Source: an uncultured Planctomycetales bacterium (GTDB lineage Bacteria; Omnitrophota; Gorgyraeia; Zapsychrales; JANLHA01). Taken from it: DNA of 64,000 nucleotides. Where the stretch lies: NCBI GenBank assembly GCA_964474085.1, contig CAYYRJ010000011.1, forward strand, positions 11,347 to 75,346. The letters run 5' to 3'. The notes below the pieces were generated by a model that searched no databases, had not been told where the DNA came from, and saw nothing but the letters and a program-made list of their open reading frames with translations. The first letter of the stretch is position 1; each line of letters begins with the position of its first letter. Positions 46,498-55,876 of this stretch are shown here, piece after piece. Made by a program: the position numbers and the translations under genes.

Positions 46498-48180
46498 ATG
46501 CTGCGTTACCTTTTGACCTTATTGCGAATTAACTGGCTTCGAATTACCTTAAGCCTCATTGCCCTATTTATCATTGCGTGTCTTTTTGCCTGCCTTTATT
46601 TTGGGTTTACAAATTTTGTTGCTCTCGAAAGCTTTTCACGAAAATCCATGGTTGCGATGTTGGGCATGTATATTTTTGTCGGGATCATGCAAGCTTTTGT
46701 TTTTGTCGCCTTTCTGCAAATGGCACAATACTTTATGATGAACGGCAGTTTTTTTGACCGTTTAGGCAGAGAACAAGCTGCGCAGGCGAAAGTCAACATC
46801 AAGTGGGCCGACGTCATCGGGATGGAAAGTGCAAAAAAAGAAGCATGGGAACTTGTCACGCTTTTAAAAGATCGCGCACTTTTAAAAATTATCGGCGGAA
46901 AAATTGTCAAAGGAACCCTGATGATCGGGCCTCCAGGCTGTGGAAAAACTTATTTAGCCAAAGCAATCGCAACAGAATGCGGGCTGCCTTTTCTTTCTGT
47001 CGTCGGAAGCGAATTTGTCGGCATCTTTGTCGGACAGGGCGCGGCACAGATGAAATCCCTGTTTCGTCAAGCCCGTGCGATTGCAAGCCTCAAAGGCGGG
47101 TGCATTATTTTTATCGATGAAATCGATTCATTTGCCCGGCCGCGCATGGCCGACACCGGCTTTGGCGGCGGGATTTCGCACAATGCAACAATCAATCAAT
47201 TTTTAACTGAAATGGACGGCTTGCGGAAAGCTGAGAACAATATTGTCGTGATCGCAGCAACAAATATGGGCGAGCATCTCTTGGACCCGGCAATTACCCG
47301 CGCAGGCCGTTTTGACCGCAAAATCTACATCCATCGCCCCAACCTGAAAGAGCGAAAAGATATTTTTAGCTTTTACCTTAACCGTGTCAAAACTTCGCCT
47401 GAAGTCAGAATCGATATTTTAGCCCGCAAAACACTCTGGTGCACTCCATCGGATATTGACGCTTTAGTCAGAGAAGCAGGTATCATCGCTTTGCGTGAAA
47501 AACGCGATCAGCTGACGATGAAAGACTTGACCGAAGCTTATGACCGCGTGACTTACGGAATGAAATCCAATATCAACATGACAGCTGAAGACAAAAAATG
47601 GACAGCTTATCACGAAGCCGGACATGCCATCTTAGCTTACCTGATTCATCCTAAGGATGATGTGGTCAAAGCTACCATCGTTCCGCGAAAAGGATTTTTG
47701 GGTTTTGTTTCACATTTACCGCGCGAAGAACACTATTCACACAACCGAGAGTATTTTCTGGCGAACATCAAAATCTGCATCGCCAGCTATGTCGCCGAAA
47801 TGATGACATTTAACTCAACAACCAGCGGTGTCGGCGGAGGCTCCGGCAGTGACTTTAATACCGCCCTTAACATTGCACGCGATATGGTTTGGAGTTACGG
47901 GATGGGAAAAAGCGGCTATATCGGCGACTACCGTTACCTTGATTATGCCGATAATATGACGGCTGATCCTATTAAAAATGTCCTCGAGCTGGACTCACAA
48001 GATATTTTACAAACTTGCCTGAAAGAAGTCCGTGAAACTTTAACAAAACATAAAGATCTGTTTATTTATTTTGCAGAAGAACTCCTTAAAAAAGAAGAAC
48101 TCGAATACGACGAAATCGAAGCGATTTTCAATAAATTTGGAGTCACTCCTTTTTCGCGTCCAGCTGACTTAAACTCATGA
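46498..48180 (+). CDS. ftsH: FtsH-family ATP-dependent zinc metalloprotease (AAA+ plus M41 peptidase), membrane anchored
   Basis: N-terminal TM helices. Walker A GPPGCGKT, Walker B IIFIDEID, SRH region. Zinc-binding HEAGHA. Confidence 0.8.
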   Translation: MLRYLLTLLRINWLRITLSLIALFIIACLFACLYFGFTNFVALESFSRKSMVAMLGMYIFVGIMQAFVFVAFLQMAQYFMMNGSFFDRLGREQAAQAKVNIKWADVIGMESAKKEAWELVTLLKDRALLKIIGGKIVKGTLMIGPPGCGKTYLAKAIATECGLPFLSVVGSEFVGIFVGQGAAQMKSLFRQARAIASLKGGCIIFIDEIDSFARPRMADTGFGGGISHNATINQFLTEMDGLRKAENNIVVIAATNMGEHLLDPAITRAGRFDRKIYIHRPNLKERKDIFSFYLNRVKTSPEVRIDILARKTLWCTPSDIDALVREAGIIALREKRDQLTMKDLTEAYDRVTYGMKSNINMTAEDKKWTAYHEAGHAILAYLIHPKDDVVKATIVPRKGFLGFVSHLPREEHYSHNREYFLANIKICIASYVAEMMTFNSTTSGVGGGSGSDFNTALNIARDMVWSYGMGKSGYIGDYRYLDYADNMTADPIKNVLELDSQDILQTCLKEVRETLTKHKDLFIYFAEELLKKEELEYDEIEAIFNKFGVTPFSRPADLNS

Positions 48181-49163
48181 TCCGCCCCCAAATCGTTATC
48201 GCACTTTGTTTTCTTTTCTTATCGCTTGGCTCTTGCTCCAAAGCTCCGACAGCTCCAAAAACGATCACAACACTTTCGCAGGCACAGGAATATTTTCTTA
48301 AAATCTGTAAAGAAGAACTCAAATATGACGTTACGATCATCCCCGACGGGAAAACCATGTGGGTCTATGTCCCGATAAACGATGGGATCATCAATTTTCG
48401 TGCGGCATCAAAGAATCAAGCCCCCAAAACCGAGACGAAAACAAGCTGGTCGATCAATTTTTTGGAGAACACATTTGAAAACAAAAATTTTATCGTCCGC
48501 TACGATATTGCCATGACTAAAAAATATGACAAGTCTGCAACCTACGAAAACAAATACAGCGATGAGTACAACACAAAGCAGCGGGAGGTTTTGACAGCCT
48601 TGACCCGTGCCTATTTTGACGTCGGGCAAGAAAATATTGAAGCTCCCCTTTCGGTAGGCAATCAAAGAAATTCACAAACCGACAGCAAGCTGGTTGAAAA
48701 AATGGTCCGCAATCCTGTGACTTTTCCAAAAGATGAAGTTGCTCCGGAATTTTTTGTCATGGTTTTTGCCGACATAAAAAAAGGCATCGCCATCAAATCC
48801 ATCAGCTATTTTAATGACATGAAAATGGCTTTGTCCAACCCGCCGGCTTTGACAAGTGATGAATATGGCAAGCGTTTTGTTTATGAATTGTTTGGCGATG
48901 AAGACTTGATTGGCGATAAAACAGGCAGCCGATTAAAAACAGAAGAAATGACACTGGGGAATTTTTTGGCCAAGCAGATTGAAAACCGCATCAAATTCCA
49001 GTTTACCCAAAGCGGGTTTCCGCCGACGGGAGAAGTGCAGGATGAAATCTGGAACACGATCGCCGAGACCTGCCGACTTTACAACTTTAGTGATTTCGAA
49101 AAAATCAAATTGACTGACCTGCAAACCGAAAAAGAATCCACTTTCGACAAAAGCCAGCTCTAA
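48177..49163 (+). CDS. Hypothetical lipoprotein
   Basis: MIRPQIVIALCFLFLSLGSCSK signal peptide/lipobox. Overlaps the ftsH stop by 4 nt. Confidence 0.45.
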   Translation: MIRPQIVIALCFLFLSLGSCSKAPTAPKTITTLSQAQEYFLKICKEELKYDVTIIPDGKTMWVYVPINDGIINFRAASKNQAPKTETKTSWSINFLENTFENKNFIVRYDIAMTKKYDKSATYENKYSDEYNTKQREVLTALTRAYFDVGQENIEAPLSVGNQRNSQTDSKLVEKMVRNPVTFPKDEVAPEFFVMVFADIKKGIAIKSISYFNDMKMALSNPPALTSDEYGKRFVYELFGDEDLIGDKTGSRLKTEEMTLGNFLAKQIENRIKFQFTQSGFPPTGEVQDEIWNTIAETCRLYNFSDFEKIKLTDLQTEKESTFDKSQL

Positions 49164-49171
49164 GCTTTAAG

Positions 49172-50020
49172 CTAGAACTCGACTGCCACTCTCATACCAA
49201 ATATCGTTGAATTATTTTTACGTTCTTGAAAACTAGGACTGGTAGGGGAACTGGTAGGAGCTCCTGCGTAATATACTGTCTGTGTGTCAGAGTTTTCGAT
49301 ATTCCAATAATCAACATACGGTTCAAAAATAAAATTTTTATCTTCCATCGATTTACGGACCTTGATCGAAGCCTTAAAGCCGTACCCTTTCTTTTGGACA
49401 TTGGTCAAATCCGAAAATAAAGGATCCAAATCGCTCAAAAACGTGTCCTGCCAGCCGCGCCAAAAAATATCGTACTCTGCCGCAATGCCCGCTGACCAGC
49501 CCTTTGACAAAGGCGTGTTGGTTTCAAACCCAATAGGGCTATAAAGATAATTGGAATGTCGTCTGTACCCGGCATTGTCTTTGGAAAGGTCATCCGAAAA
49601 ATACCGGTATCCAAGCCCCGTAAACGGCGTTAACGTCGTCTCCGAAAATATCGAAAAATCATATCCAGCAACCCCACGGATTTCCCCTGAAAGGTCTTTG
49701 ACGTTCTTAATCTCATAATGATTCCTGTCAAAAAGTACTCCATCATATTTAATCCGGCCAAAAATAATCCGTCCGTCTAATTTAAACATCCCCCGCGGAA
49801 AACGTTCGTTAATAAAATTCCCGTGATGCGTAAACGAACTGTTCATCCCGCTTAAAAAACCCGTCTCTTTCATCGAATCATCTTTATGCTGAAAATACCC
49901 TGTTTCAATACCCAGCGTCAGCATGTTAGTATTTTGTTCCAAAGCGTCAGCCGTTTTGGATAAAAACAATACAATTCCAAACAAAAAAACAAACGCGCGT
50001 AAAAAAGAATATTGCCTCAT
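49172..50020 (-). CDS. Putative outer-membrane beta-barrel protein
   Basis: Signal peptide MRQYSFLRAFVFLFGIVLFLSKTADA. Alternating amphipathic beta-strand pattern. C-terminal ...RVAVEF ends in an aromatic residue typical of OMPs. Confidence 0.45.
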   Translation of the reverse strand: MRQYSFLRAFVFLFGIVLFLSKTADALEQNTNMLTLGIETGYFQHKDDSMKETGFLSGMNSSFTHHGNFINERFPRGMFKLDGRIIFGRIKYDGVLFDRNHYEIKNVKDLSGEIRGVAGYDFSIFSETTLTPFTGLGYRYFSDDLSKDNAGYRRHSNYLYSPIGFETNTPLSKGWSAGIAAEYDIFWRGWQDTFLSDLDPLFSDLTNVQKKGYGFKASIKVRKSMEDKNFIFEPYVDYWNIENSDTQTVYYAGAPTSSPTSPSFQERKNNSTIFGMRVAVEF

Positions 50021-50254
50021 GCATGCCTCCCTTAAAAATTAACCCAACGACTTGAAGAACAATGAAGCTCCCCGGCTTTACAGCCGTTGTCTCTCCCGTT
50101 TCGAGATTCCGTAGAGCGGAATCCCGCCAGAAGACCATCCCATCCACGTCTCAACAGAACGTGGTCTTCTGTTGCGGAATAAGAACCTGCAGCTGGTTTC
50201 CTTTATATCACGACGGGGAAAATATGGCAAGAACGATGTCGTCACCAAACACAG

Positions 50255-50647
50255 CTATTGTCGAGCCAAGACAAAAAGCGGCAAGGACGCTAAAGGGACT
50301 CCATCAATAGCCAAATCAATGGAATATTCCCCAAACTTTTCAATTTTTAAACCGTGAATGTTAAGAATTAAATTAGCAGACCCGGTGCGCTGCTGGTCAG
50401 GAAAATTCACATTGATCGTCCCGCTGGCGGTGGGAATAATGTGTTTGCCGTCTATATCCACAAAACTCACGGCAATCGTATGCCCGCCGCGCTCCAAAAC
50501 CCCAAACCTCACTCGCAACGCAACCGCGCACTGAGAATGAATTCCCGGGGTCTGCGGCATCCAAATCGTATCAAAAGCCCCAAGAATATTAAGTTTTCCA
50601 CTATCATGGGTTGCCGCATCACAAAGTGAAAAAACCTCGAGGTTCAT
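50255..50647 (-). CDS. Hypothetical protein (130 aa), paralog of 19722-20165
   Basis: Shared conserved blocks with the island-borne 147-aa protein. Confidence 0.4.
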   Translation of the reverse strand: MNLEVFSLCDAATHDSGKLNILGAFDTIWMPQTPGIHSQCAVALRVRFGVLERGGHTIAVSFVDIDGKHIIPTASGTINVNFPDQQRTGSANLILNIHGLKIEKFGEYSIDLAIDGVPLASLPLFVLARQ

Positions 50648-50662
50648 GATAACTTTTTTCCT

Positions 50663-51310
50663 TTAGACGGACGGCTTGGCTAAAATTGTCACACGCCGGC
50701 CTTTGACTTTGAGCCGATTGTCCGCAAAAAGCGCAACAGCCTGCGAATAAATCCGATGTTCGACGCGATGGATTTTTTCTTCCAACGTTTCGAGCGTATC
50801 TTCTTCATTGATCTTCACGGTGTCCTGCATAATAATCGGGCCGTTATCCATCTTTTCATTAACAAAATGAACCGTAACGCCCGTCTGCTTAACGCCATAG
50901 GTAAACGCATCCTTTATCCCATCAACCCCTTTAAACGATGGCAACAAAGAAGGATGGACATTGATGATCTTGTTGGGAAACTGTTTAATAAAATAGGGCG
51001 TCAACATCCGCATATACCCGGCTAAAACGATAAAATCAATTTGATGTTCCTTGAGAGTAATTACAATATCGCGGTCAACGCTTTGGCGGTTGGTGTAGTT
51101 CGCGGGATTAAAAACAAGCGTTTTGATTCCGGCATTCTCGGCCCGTTTTAGGCCCAGCGCTTTTTCATTGCTCGAGATGACAAGCGCTAACTGCGCATTG
51201 ATTTCACCTTTTTTGAGACTATCAATGATCGCCTGCAAATTTGTTCCGTTGCCGGAAATAAACACTGCGAATTTTTGCATAGAAAAACCCTTTGGATTGT
51301 TCGAAAGCAT
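50663..51310 (-). CDS. purN: Phosphoribosylglycinamide formyltransferase PurN (the start is probably the internal MQKFAVFISG)
   Basis: FAVFISGNGTNLQAIID, the HPSLLPSFKG motif and catalytic Asp region match PurN. Confidence 0.85.
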   Translation of the reverse strand: MLSNNPKGFSMQKFAVFISGNGTNLQAIIDSLKKGEINAQLALVISSNEKALGLKRAENAGIKTLVFNPANYTNRQSVDRDIVITLKEHQIDFIVLAGYMRMLTPYFIKQFPNKIINVHPSLLPSFKGVDGIKDAFTYGVKQTGVTVHFVNEKMDNGPIIMQDTVKINEEDTLETLEEKIHRVEHRIYSQAVALFADNRLKVKGRRVTILAKPSV

Positions 51311-51358
51311 GCCTTAAGCATGCCCTTTTTTGGCCTAAAAAGCAAGATTAGCGTGGGA

Positions 51359-51661
51359 TTATTCCCGCATCATCGAGAGGATGACGAGGCCTGCCAGAGC
51401 TGTAAAGACACCAATACAGCCGCGAAAAAGAACGGTGACATCTTTCCACCAAACCAAAACAAGCGTAATGCCGACGATCATAAGCACCATGCCTAAAATA
51501 AAAAGGACAGGTTTGCTTCGCAAAATCTTTTTGTCAAACGCCATCGCCGGACTCCTTGACTTCGCTGCCAGGAACCTGCGTCTTCCATCGACGATGCATC
51601 CAGCCCCACTCGTGCGGATAGCGACGGATATAGCCTTCGATGATTTTGGTGATCTTGGCAA
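51359..51661 (-). CDS. Small hypothetical membrane protein (overlaps the lpxL-like ORF extension; uncertain)
   Basis: Hydrophobic ORF only. Confidence 0.25.
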   Translation of the reverse strand: MPRSPKSSKAISVAIRTSGAGCIVDGRRRFLAAKSRSPAMAFDKKILRSKPVLFILGMVLMIVGITLVLVWWKDVTVLFRGCIGVFTALAGLVILSMMRE

Positions 51662-52478
51662 CGTTGACTAAGACCATTTCGTCATTATTTTCTAAAACTT
51701 CTAAAGGCATTTCTGGCTCGACGGCAATCTTGTTCATATCATTTTCGCGGCGAATAAAAATTGGGACAATCGGGGATTCTGCCCGCTGGGCCAAAACAAT
51801 AGGCCCGGGCGCTGTTGCGGCCTTTTGCCCAAAAAAATCCACAAACACCCCACCATCACTGCCAAAATTCTGGTCCATGAGAATAAACACAATTTCATTA
51901 TTGCGCAGCGCCTTGAGCGTGTCCATGACTGCTTTTTTGCGCGGCAGTGCAAAAATGGTTTTAAGTCCCGCCTCGGTACGTTTTTGCAAAAGAAACTCGT
52001 CGATCTTAGGATCCCGTGTGTTGCGCATAAGAACATTGCACTTGTATCCCAGACGCGCCATATACATCATCATAAGCGGAAAATTTCCAAAATGCGCAGT
52101 AACCGCCATAACCCCTTTGCCTTTGGCCAGCGCCGCGTCGAGATTTTCGCGGCCTTCAAAAACAACATGCTTTTGCATCATATCAAGATGTTCATTAAAA
52201 TAGATCATCTCAATCATCCCCTGCCCAAAATTGGAAAAACATTTTTTGATGATCTCGTCGATTTCTACAGCAGACTTTTCTTTTCCAAAAGCAATCTGCA
52301 GACTTTCGCGGGCGATTTTTTTCAAACGGCCCGTCACCAAAAAACCGATTCCGATAAGGACACGCAAAAGACCTTTGACCATCCCGTAAGGCAGGCGGTT
52401 TAATAACCAGTACGCGCTAAACATTCCATAGCGCGCCGCGTCACGTCTTAAAACTTTTTTTCGTCCGTTGAAGTCCAT
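51534..52478 (-). CDS. lpxL: Lipid A biosynthesis lauroyl/myristoyl acyltransferase (LpxL/HtrB family). The start is reassigned to the internal Met at 52478 (MDFNGRKK...).
   Basis: HFGNFPLMMMYMARLGY with an HX4D-like acyltransferase motif (HFGNFP) and the length match LpxL. The 95-codon N-terminal extension in the ORF track is Arg-rich and implausible. Confidence 0.6.
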   Translation of the reverse strand: MDFNGRKKVLRRDAARYGMFSAYWLLNRLPYGMVKGLLRVLIGIGFLVTGRLKKIARESLQIAFGKEKSAVEIDEIIKKCFSNFGQGMIEMIYFNEHLDMMQKHVVFEGRENLDAALAKGKGVMAVTAHFGNFPLMMMYMARLGYKCNVLMRNTRDPKIDEFLLQKRTEAGLKTIFALPRKKAVMDTLKALRNNEIVFILMDQNFGSDGGVFVDFFGQKAATAPGPIVLAQRAESPIVPIFIRRENDMNKIAVEPEMPLEVLENNDEMVLVNVAKITKIIEGYIRRYPHEWGWMHRRWKTQVPGSEVKESGDGV

Positions 52479-52482
52479 AGCT

Positions 52483-52965
52483 TTAACGTTTATATCCAAT
52501 CTTGCGTAAGAAATCTTTGCGCCAAGCGATATCACTTTCGTTTTCAATACCCTTAGGCTTAAGCCCGTCAATGACGCCCAAAACGCCGCGCCCCGTCGTG
52601 GAATCCGCAACAATGATCTCAAGCGGATTGGCTGTCGCGGCAAAAATCGTACACACCTCGACTGTATTTTTGATCGCGTTAAGGATATTGATCGGAAAAC
52701 CGTTGCGCAGCATAATGACAAAAACATGACCACAGCTGATATCCAGCGCCGTTTGTCCGGCAAGACTTTTTAAATTTTCATCATTTCCTTCCAAACGCAC
52801 CTTGCAAGCACCGGAAGCTTCACAAAACGCTAGACCAAATTTCATTGTCGGAACACTCGACACGATCGCCTCATAAAGGTCTTCGACCGTCTTGATAAAA
52901 TGCGCTTGGCCGACAATCACATTGACATCATCCGGCTTTACAACCGGAACTGTAAAAATTTGCAT
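52483..52965 (-). CDS. Adenosine-specific kinase-family-like small protein (tentative)
   Basis: About 160 aa. The N-terminal MQIFTVPVVKPDDVNVIVGQAHFIKTVEDLYEA resembles the PF04008-type family as I recall it. Not verified. Confidence 0.3.
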   Translation of the reverse strand: MQIFTVPVVKPDDVNVIVGQAHFIKTVEDLYEAIVSSVPTMKFGLAFCEASGACKVRLEGNDENLKSLAGQTALDISCGHVFVIMLRNGFPINILNAIKNTVEVCTIFAATANPLEIIVADSTTGRGVLGVIDGLKPKGIENESDIAWRKDFLRKIGYKR

Positions 52966-52969
52966 CCGA

Positions 52970-53449
52970 TTACCCCTTGCTTAAAATCTTATAAACCTGT
53001 TCATACAAATGTCCGTAATTAATTGGTTTTGTCAAATGCATGACCGCGCCTAATTCCATTTCCGCTGAAATGTCATCAAGCGAATTCTTAAATGTGACAA
53101 ACATGACCGGAATATTTTCTGTCGCAATATCTTCCTTGAGTTTGGCGCAGACTTCGCGGCCCTTCATCCCCGGCAAAATCACATCCAGAATAATCAAGTC
53201 TGGCTTGTAACGCTTGGCCATTTCCAACCCATACTCGCCGGTCTCAGCCCCTAAAACCGTGATCGACTGCCTAACGAAATGTGCCTTAACCAGCTTAACA
53301 AACGTAAAATCGTCGTCGACAACGAGGACCGTCCACTGGGATTTTGATTGGTCAGCTTTTGACGGGCGAATAAACTTGCGCGGCCAGATTCTTTTAAAAA
53401 AATTGGAAACATCCACAAAAAAATCTTCCTTTGCCCCAATTTTAACCAT
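52970..53449 (-). CDS. CheY-like response regulator receiver domain protein
   Basis: VLVVDDD...phosphoacceptor D in LIILDVILPGMKG...conserved T (VTFKNS) and K (LTKP). Confidence 0.7.
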   Translation of the reverse strand: MVKIGAKEDFFVDVSNFFKRIWPRKFIRPSKADQSKSQWTVLVVDDDFTFVKLVKAHFVRQSITVLGAETGEYGLEMAKRYKPDLIILDVILPGMKGREVCAKLKEDIATENIPVMFVTFKNSLDDISAEMELGAVMHLTKPINYGHLYEQVYKILSKG

Positions 53450-53473
53450 GACGTTCTCCTTTTTGAGAATGGA

Positions 53474-54199
53474 CTAAGAAATAACTTTGCGGATCTCGGC
53501 CATAAGCGTTTTGGCATTGACAGGCTTGGTAATATGCATCAGTCCTCCGGCTGCCTTTTCGGCTGCAACATCATCCGGCGAATCTTTGGCGGTCAAAAAA
53601 ATAACCGGAATACTTTTTGTGGCATCACTACTTTTGAGAATTTTGCAAACTTCGCGGCCTTTCATGCCCGGCAAAAGAACATCGAGAATAATCAAATCCG
53701 GTTTTTGCAATTTGGCAACCTGAATCCCGCGCTCGCCAGTCATGGCACTTAAAACACTGTATCCGCTAGTCAATAAAATACGCTTAATCGTTTTTTGCAG
53801 TCCCTCGTCATCGTCGACGACAAGAATACTTTTGCGGACCGTTTCCCAATTCTTTTTAAAAATAACTTTGATGCGTTTTAAGTCAAAAAACAAAACAAGG
53901 GCGACATTGATAAAAACATACCCTAAGTGAACATAGCCCGGATAATACCAGTGCAGGGCCAAAATGTAAATGGCCATAACGATGTTAAGGCTTGTCAAAA
54001 TTTTGCGACTCCACTCAACATGCGCAATCACAAAAAAAGAATTGGCAAATAACACGATAAACATCAGCGACAAAAACGTGGCGTGGCTCCAAAATTCACT
54101 GACACGAAACGTGCCGATATAGTACCACAACGAAACCCCGTACAAGGCCATCAAGCCGTAACCGATGATCGATAGACTGTCGAAATGAATTTTTTTCAT
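53474..54199 (-). CDS. Membrane-anchored response-regulator receiver protein (N-terminal TM helices plus a C-terminal CheY-like domain)
   Basis: Four predicted TM segments, then ILVVDDDEG...LIILDVLLPGMKGREVC...FLTAKDS...ITKP. Paralogous to 52970-53449. Confidence 0.65.
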   Translation of the reverse strand: MKKIHFDSLSIIGYGLMALYGVSLWYYIGTFRVSEFWSHATFLSLMFIVLFANSFFVIAHVEWSRKILTSLNIVMAIYILALHWYYPGYVHLGYVFINVALVLFFDLKRIKVIFKKNWETVRKSILVVDDDEGLQKTIKRILLTSGYSVLSAMTGERGIQVAKLQKPDLIILDVLLPGMKGREVCKILKSSDATKSIPVIFLTAKDSPDDVAAEKAAGGLMHITKPVNAKTLMAEIRKVIS

Positions 54200-54230
54200 A
54201 TTGATTTCAATATATCGTAAAGATATTCAA

Positions 54231-55805
54231 CTACAACCAATATTTTCTCTTTATTAAAGCCCCTGCGGCACAAAAAAGACAGACCCACGCAAAAACGTCG
54301 CCCAAGCGCGTGTAAAAAGAAAATTGATCGTTTGGCTGAATAATACTCATCATAAACCCTTGGGCCATGACCGCTTTTCCCGTCGGGTCGCGAAAAATAT
54401 GCTCCACGCCACTTGGAGAAATATCCCCGCTGACGCCGGTATTGGCCGCACGAATAATCGCACGGCGATTGGCCACCGCCTGAAAAGCAGAAGCTTGCAG
54501 GTGCAAAAACGGCGCATTGGTATCTTTAAACCAGCCGTCATTAGTGATATTGACCAAAAATTTCGGTCCATTTTTAACAAGCCGCCGGACAACCGGCGCA
54601 ACGGTGTCTTCAAAACAAATCAATGTCGAAAACGACCACGCACCGCTGTGCGACGTGCGAGCGAGTGCCGAACCCTCCGTGGCAAGACCCGTTGGAAAAA
54701 CCGTCAACCGCTCCCCGCGCGAAAAATCCCCAATCGGCACAAAATTTTCAATAAAATTCGTAAAAGGCCGCAAGGGCAAAAATTCTCCAAAAGGAACCAA
54801 GTGCATTTTGTCATACTGGGCTGCTTCTTCACCTTTTTCTGAAAGCAAAATCGCTGAATTGTAATATCCGCCTTCGCGGACAGTCACTGTGCCAAAAAGC
54901 AGCGGCACTTTTGAATGGGCCACAAAATTTTTGATTTCTTGATAGCGCTCTGGCGACTGCCACGTGTAACCGGGAAAAGATGTTTCAGGCCAAATGATCA
55001 GCCCAGGCTTTTGTTTGAGCGCCTCTGCGGTAATATCCAAAATCTTTTTTTGTATGCTTTCCCACGACGAGGGATCCCACTTACGCGATTGGGGAATACT
55101 CGGCTGAACAATTGCCACCCACAAATTCATTTCCGGCTTTGAAATATAACGGGGCAGTTGAAAATATCCATAACCTAAAACAGCACCCAACACGACAATA
55201 GTTCCAAATGCAGCAATAGCCAAATTTTTTAGGGGGAGTTCTAAACATCCCTTCAAAAATACATTGACCATCACAACGACAAACGACACCCCAAAAACGC
55301 CGGTGATATCAGCGATTTGAATCAGCGGCAAATTTTGATATTGCGAATGCCCCAAACACGCCCATCCAAAACCGCTGAACAATCGGTCACGGACCAGTTC
55401 CAAAGCGACCCAAAGGCAGGGCAAAACCCATAATTTATGTTGCATAAATCGAACCGCGACTGAGGACCGCGCAGCGAGGTCCGAAGGAGTGCCGAGGCCA
55501 TCCGGCCGAGGCGTCCCTACCAAATAAGAATACCCTAACCCAAACAAACCAAAATAAATCCCCAAATACAAGTTAACCAAAAGCATCCCTGGCAAGGTCA
55601 CGTGGATAAGCCAATAATGCGTGCCCAAGAAAAACAGATACCCCGTCAGCCAGCCCCAAAAGAACGCCGCCTTAGGATTTTTTCCATCGAGCAAAAATAA
55701 AAAAGGGACTAAAGCGCCCCAAATCAAAAACGAGAGATTAAAATTAGGGAAAGACAAAATCAGCAAAATCGCAGAACAAAGGGAAAGCAGTAAATTCTTT
55801 TTCAT
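54231..55805 (-). CDS. lnt: Apolipoprotein N-acyltransferase Lnt
   Basis: Polytopic N-terminal membrane domain plus a C-terminal CN-hydrolase domain with the catalytic Cys context (LICFEDT) and E/K residues. Confidence 0.8.
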   Translation of the reverse strand: MKKNLLLSLCSAILLILSFPNFNLSFLIWGALVPFLFLLDGKNPKAAFFWGWLTGYLFFLGTHYWLIHVTLPGMLLVNLYLGIYFGLFGLGYSYLVGTPRPDGLGTPSDLAARSSVAVRFMQHKLWVLPCLWVALELVRDRLFSGFGWACLGHSQYQNLPLIQIADITGVFGVSFVVVMVNVFLKGCLELPLKNLAIAAFGTIVVLGAVLGYGYFQLPRYISKPEMNLWVAIVQPSIPQSRKWDPSSWESIQKKILDITAEALKQKPGLIIWPETSFPGYTWQSPERYQEIKNFVAHSKVPLLFGTVTVREGGYYNSAILLSEKGEEAAQYDKMHLVPFGEFLPLRPFTNFIENFVPIGDFSRGERLTVFPTGLATEGSALARTSHSGAWSFSTLICFEDTVAPVVRRLVKNGPKFLVNITNDGWFKDTNAPFLHLQASAFQAVANRRAIIRAANTGVSGDISPSGVEHIFRDPTGKAVMAQGFMMSIIQPNDQFSFYTRLGDVFAWVCLFCAAGALIKRKYWL

Positions 55806-55876
55806 AAGCTCAAATCAACGAGCAGGCAACGATTGCGACCGTTGTCTGCAATTAATAATATCTCAATCTGTTATTT

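Noticed and set aside
50090-50170. 10-bp inverted repeat cagaagacca ... tggtcttctg with a 24-nt loop upstream of the OMP gene
   Set aside because: There is no following T-run and no riboswitch-like conserved core that I can recognise. It is most likely an incidental hairpin or a weak terminator for the 130-aa gene.
51640-52403. Plus-strand ORFs of 187 and 192 aa, and the 95-codon N-terminal extension of the lpxL-like ORF
   Set aside because: They are antisense to or overlapping the acyltransferase gene, and are Arg/Lys/Ser-rich low-complexity translations of its complement. The lpxL start was moved to the internal Met instead.
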